Part shown: in pieces, positions 16,115 through 20,000 of the stretch
How the letters are laid out: each line of letters begins with the position of its first letter
Position numbering within the stretch: the first letter of the stretch is position 1
From: an uncultured virus (IMG/VR IMGVR_UViG_3300044922_001008)
Taxonomy: Duplodnaviria > Heunggongvirae > Uroviricota > Caudoviricetes
IMG/VR virus record: IMGVR_UViG_3300044922_001008
Reading direction: 5' to 3' (one strand)
DNA: 20,000 nucleotides
Notes under the pieces: model-generated
The model's database searches: none
The model's input: the letters and a program-made list of their open reading frames with translations, nothing else
Told to the model about the DNA's origin: nothing
Program-made: the position numbers and the translations under genes

Positions 16115-18456
16115 ATGAAACAATAAGTCAATTAGGAGCAGATGACTGGGTTCTAAGTCATTACAAAAAAGGCTATTTTGTCGATGCTGGATGTTGCGAT
16201 GGCGAACACATAAGCAATACTTATAAGCTTGAAAAATTAGGATGGAGTGGCATATGCATAGATGTATTTCCAACTAATTTTGAAAGGAGACCTAATTCTA
16301 AAGTTGTTGAAGCTGCGTTGCATGGAATAAAAGATCTAGAATTAGATTTCATGATATCTAAGGCTCCAGAAATAAGTGGCATAACTGATTATCTTGGGAA
16401 AAAAGGAACGGCAGCTTATACTGGATGGGAGCCGTATATAGAAAAAATCATCAAGGTTAAAACACAATTGCTACATGAAATTCTTGATGCCAACAACGCT
16501 CCAGAATTTATCGAATATCTAAGCATAGACATCGAAGGAGTAGAATTAGAAGTTTTAAAAACTTTTCCTTTTGATAGGTATAAATTTGGATGCATTTCTT
16601 TAGAACACAATTATGAAGAGCCAAGGCGAACACATATTAAGGATCTACTAAAAAGCAAAGGGTACACTTATATCAAACAAGTTAAAGCAGACGATTGGTT
16701 TATGTTAGAAAAACCAAATGATAAAAACAAAAAAACATTTCATGAAATATGGGATTCAATGAGCCACCATAGCTTCAATGGTTTGGATAAAACAAAAATA
16801 GTCTATGAAGAGTTACTTGATACTTTCGATCTAGAAGGACATACAGCAGAAATTGGAGTTTATAAAGGTCATACATCTAAGCTAATACATGAATTATGTA
16901 AACATAAGACTCATTATTGCTACGATACATTTAGCGGAATAGAACTTTCAGATCCTAGTATAGATTTTCATAAAAACGGAGAATACTCATGTTCCTTAAA
17001 CAATGTTAAAGATTTATTAGGTGAAAATAACATTGTTTATAAAGTTGGAACTTTTCCCAATACATTTAACGAAGAAAATGAAAAATTTTCATTTGTTCAT
17101 AGTGACACCGATACTTATGCTGGCACAAAAGCCACATTAGATTATTTTTCTCCAATTATGGTCGATAATGGAAAGATGTTATTCGATGATTACAAATGGA
17201 AAAACTGCGAAGGTGTCGAAAAAGCAATTAAAGAATTCATGAACGATAATCATTATTTTACTTTAAAACAATATGATGAACAATGTGTTTTAACAAAAAA
17301 ACCAACCAATGGCACAAAAGAATTAACTTTTGAAGTTGCAAAAAATAAAACAATTGGTTTGTGCATGATTGTTAAAAATGAATCCAAAATTATAGAAAGA
17401 TGTTTGGATAGCGTCAAGCCAATGATAGATTATGTGTCTATTGTCGATACTGGATCAACAGACGATACGATTAAAATCATCAATTCTTGGCTCGTTAAAA
17501 ACAACATATCTGGACAAGTTATATCGGAACCTTGGAAAAATTTTGCATACAATAGAAGTTTCGCCTTAGCTAAACTTCGTGAACAAAAAGATATTGATTA
17601 CGCATTAATGATCGATGCGGATGAAGTTTTAAGATACGAAGATGGAATCGATATCGCCAAAGAAAAACAAAATATGACCCATGATCTTTACAATATAAAT
17701 TGTAAATTTGGGAGCATAGAATACGCACGAACATCTATAACAAAAAATAATATGCCTTATTATTACAAAGGCGTAGTTCATGAGTTTCTTGAATGCCACG
17801 AACCAATTAAAAACAGAGATTTTTTCAAAGGAATTTATAATGTTCCTTTGCAAGATTCTGCAAGGAATGAAAGTAATCAAAAATTTCAAAATGATGTCAA
17901 ACTTCTAGAAGATGCATTGAAAACAGAAACTGACAAATTTATGATTTCCAGATATACATTTTATCTCGCCCAATCATGTAGAGATTCAGGACAGCAAGAA
18001 AAAGCAATCTATTGGTATAACGAAAGAGCAAAGCAAGGATTTTGGAATCAAGAAATTTATATTTCATTGTATCACATAGCCAAAATTAAAGAAGCACTCG
18101 AATATCCGGGTGATGACATAGTTCAAAGCTATATGAGAGCATATGAAGTATGTCCAGAAAGAATCGAAGCATTACATGGTGCGATCAACTATTGTAGAAG
18201 AAATGGAAGAAATCACCAAGCATTCATGATGGTCACCTACGCAAGATCAATGCCTGTATTTCAATCGGGTCTTTTTTCAGAAAACTGGATATGGGATTAC
18301 GGCATTGATGACGAATATAGTATCGTTTCTTATTGGACCAATCATATAAAAGAAGGAATTGAAGTTACTGAAAAACTTTTAAATAAAATTCCAGAAGCTC
18401 AAAAGGCAAGAGTATTAAAAAATATGGAATATTTTAAAGATAAATTGACACACTAA
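16111..18456 (+). CDS. Multidomain fusion: FkbM methyltransferase + TylF/MycF O-methyltransferase + GT2 + TPR
   Basis: SQLGAD/FVDAG..DG..ISNT/YLSIDIEGVE (FkbM); AEIGVYKG/YDTFSG/FVHSDTDTY/FDDY..CEGV (TylF); LCMIVKNE/VDTGSTD/IDADE/GVVHE (GT2); RYTFYLAQS and helical repeats (TPR). ATGA-coupled to GT9. Confidence 0.88.
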   Translation: MNETISQLGADDWVLSHYKKGYFVDAGCCDGEHISNTYKLEKLGWSGICIDVFPTNFERRPNSKVVEAALHGIKDLELDFMISKAPEISGITDYLGKKGTAAYTGWEPYIEKIIKVKTQLLHEILDANNAPEFIEYLSIDIEGVELEVLKTFPFDRYKFGCISLEHNYEEPRRTHIKDLLKSKGYTYIKQVKADDWFMLEKPNDKNKKTFHEIWDSMSHHSFNGLDKTKIVYEELLDTFDLEGHTAEIGVYKGHTSKLIHELCKHKTHYCYDTFSGIELSDPSIDFHKNGEYSCSLNNVKDLLGENNIVYKVGTFPNTFNEENEKFSFVHSDTDTYAGTKATLDYFSPIMVDNGKMLFDDYKWKNCEGVEKAIKEFMNDNHYFTLKQYDEQCVLTKKPTNGTKELTFEVAKNKTIGLCMIVKNESKIIERCLDSVKPMIDYVSIVDTGSTDDTIKIINSWLVKNNISGQVISEPWKNFAYNRSFALAKLREQKDIDYALMIDADEVLRYEDGIDIAKEKQNMTHDLYNINCKFGSIEYARTSITKNNMPYYYKGVVHEFLECHEPIKNRDFFKGIYNVPLQDSARNESNQKFQNDVKLLEDALKTETDKFMISRYTFYLAQSCRDSGQQEKAIYWYNERAKQGFWNQEIYISLYHIAKIKEALEYPGDDIVQSYMRAYEVCPERIEALHGAINYCRRNGRNHQAFMMVTYARSMPVFQSGLFSENWIWDYGIDDEYSIVSYWTNHIKEGIEVTEKLLNKIPEAQKARVLKNMEYFKDKLTH

Positions 18457-19244
18457 ACAATGTTGAAATTGTCATAATGTCTAGACAAGTACTCTCCTAA
18501 AATTTCTTTAGGATCTGTACTTGTCTTTTCTAATTTGCTTCTAATTGCATGAAGATTATCTAAACCCCACGCTTTATCTTTAGTCTCTGCACAAACATTA
18601 TCAATTTTATTGAAGTCGTAATTTTTATATTCATCTAAACCAATAAATTCATATATCTTTTTCATTGTTTCGATTGGGATTTTTACCAAATCGTCATATT
18701 TAACCAAATGCAAACATTCTGGATGATTTTTTATTCCATGAATAGTGCTTTGATATGGATCAGAAATATATTCTTCCCATAATACCTTTGCTCTATTTTC
18801 TGTACTAATGTGTAATCTTTTACTTCTCAATGTGTTATCAACAAAATTATCTTCTTGCTTGTTGTTTATGATCAATTTTATATAAGATGTTATAACTTCA
18901 CTAATTGGTCTGACGGTACAAATTATCTTTGGGCTAGAACTTACAAACATTTTTGCTGGGATTATGTTTCTTGGCCAACCTCTGTGCTTATCAAATACTA
19001 TGTCCGTTTTAAATTGATTGTAATAGGAATCAATTATAGCTCCATAAACACCATTAGATACGCTTTCTGCATCAAAAGTGTAGTTAGAGTTTAATTTAGA
19101 AAATGCTTCGTTATTTAAGCACAATAAGTCCAGCAAAGGACTTGTTGGTGTAACTGTTATTTTTAAATTTTGACCTAAAATAGAACCAAGTAGAGTTGAA
19201 CCACTTCTTGGTAATCCACTAAGGAAAAATATAGATTTTTTCAT
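18453..19244 (-). CDS. PAPS-dependent sulfotransferase
   Basis: SGLPRSGSTLL (5'-PSB loop), DK, VRP..EVITS (3'-PB) and VKYDDLV..P..TM..IYEFIG motifs. Confidence 0.9.
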   Translation of the reverse strand: MKKSIFFLSGLPRSGSTLLGSILGQNLKITVTPTSPLLDLLCLNNEAFSKLNSNYTFDAESVSNGVYGAIIDSYYNQFKTDIVFDKHRGWPRNIIPAKMFVSSSPKIICTVRPISEVITSYIKLIINNKQEDNFVDNTLRSKRLHISTENRAKVLWEEYISDPYQSTIHGIKNHPECLHLVKYDDLVKIPIETMKKIYEFIGLDEYKNYDFNKIDNVCAETKDKAWGLDNLHAIRSKLEKTSTDPKEILGEYLSRHYDNFNIV

Positions 19245-19693
19245 GTTTTTACCATGTAGACTGCATTCAAACCATAATAATCAATCGTTTTCTGACTTTG
19301 GAATCCAAACTTATTCCAAAAGTTTTCAGATTCAAGAACAGACATAAGAACTTTTGGATTTGATTTTATTCTTAAAACTTGATCAACCAAAGCAAGTCCA
19401 TATCCCTTACCACGATGTGATTTTTCCACACAAAGATCATGAATGTAGTGACAGTCAGGATCTTCAACTTTTTTATAATTCTCGTTTATTGGGTAATATT
19501 CCCACAAAGTATAAGGAAACGAAATGATATATCCTACTATTTCCTTATTGATCTCACAAACAAAACAACCTTCTGGATGTCCTAATATTTTGGAACGAAA
19601 AGATTCACTTCCCTCATAGTAGTTATCGGGATAGCTGCTTGTTCCAATGTGATCAATAAAATCAAAGTCTTCTGGTTTTGCGTGTCTAATCAT
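19241..19693 (-). CDS. GNAT-family N-acetyltransferase
   Basis: IRHAKPED, YIHDLCV...HRGKGYG (motif A) and FWNKFGF. ATGA-coupled to the sulfotransferase. Confidence 0.9.
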   Translation of the reverse strand: MIRHAKPEDFDFIDHIGTSSYPDNYYEGSESFRSKILGHPEGCFVCEINKEIVGYIISFPYTLWEYYPINENYKKVEDPDCHYIHDLCVEKSHRGKGYGLALVDQVLRIKSNPKVLMSVLESENFWNKFGFQSQKTIDYYGLNAVYMVKT

Positions 19694-19710
19694 ATTTTTA
19701 TTATAGTTGG

Positions 19711-19721
19711 TTTCATATATA
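19711..19721 (+). promoter_or_regulatory. TTTCATATATA motif, candidate late/leaderless promoter
   Basis: 5 nt upstream of ATG 19727; identical to the motif at 8459-8469. Confidence 0.5.
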
Positions 19722-19726
19722 TTGAT

Positions 19727-20000
19727 ATGAGAAACTTCACAGAATGGCTAAACAATCGTGATCCCGAAATGTTGAATGAAGGCAAAAAACCATTCAAAAA
19801 TTTCGATAAAAAAAAGAACCATCCAGAAGGTGGTCTTAAACCATCTTATGCCAAAAAATTAGGCATTCATGCGGGTATTGAAACTAAGCGTGAAGCCGAA
19901 AAAAAAGGTGGCGTTCATAAAATGTCTGATAAAACAAAGGCAAGAAGAAAATCATTCTGTGGAAGAATGTGCGGCCACAAGAAAAAAAATACATCATCAA
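19727..20000 (+). CDS. Basic phage protein, DUF6321-like (partial; runs off the window)
   Basis: Manual translation MRNFTEWLNNRDPEMLNEGKKPF...HPEGGL...KARRKSFCGRMCG. The RRKSFCxRM motif is recalled from the phage DUF6321 family. Confidence 0.7.
   Translation, partial: MRNFTEWLNNRDPEMLNEGKKPFKNFDKKKNHPEGGLKPSYAKKLGIHAGIETKREAEKKGGVHKMSDKTKARRKSFCGRMCGHKKKNTSS

Noticed and set aside
1..20000. Giant eukaryotic virus origin or alternative genetic code
   Set aside because: SD motifs, coupled overlaps and TTG starts are prokaryotic. TAA, TAG and TGA all end full-length genes, so there is no sign of recoding.

Overview
AT-rich, gene-dense segment that reads as part of a large tailed-phage genome (T4-like/'huge phage' style). 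The evidence is Shine-Dalgarno sites, ATGA/TTGA-coupled operons, TTG starts, strand switching and T4 capsid-targeting-like N-termini; no structural hallmark gene is in the window, so this origin is inferred. Left arm (minus strand): an SbcD/gp47 nuclease, two GT-A glycosyltransferase-like genes, an SbcC/gp46 ATPase, a class II-type ribonucleotide reductase and a CTP synthase (missed by the ORF track; it runs off the window). Middle: a Pro/Gly/Met-repeat protein, hypotheticals, a signal-peptide CxxCH (c-type heme) protein, a DUF350 membrane protein, a RecD/Dda-like helicase and a DEDDh exonuclease. Right arm: a glycan-building and decorating cluster (GT2, GT9, FkbM-TylF-GT2-TPR fusion, sulfotransferase, GNAT) and a partial DUF6321-like gene. 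Most interesting: (1) the CTP synthase carries clustered substitutions in the CTP feedback pocket; (2) two glycosyltransferases are translationally coupled inside the sbcD-sbcC pair; (3) a phage-borne putative exported c-type cytochrome. All family calls are from motif recognition by eye, with no database searches.
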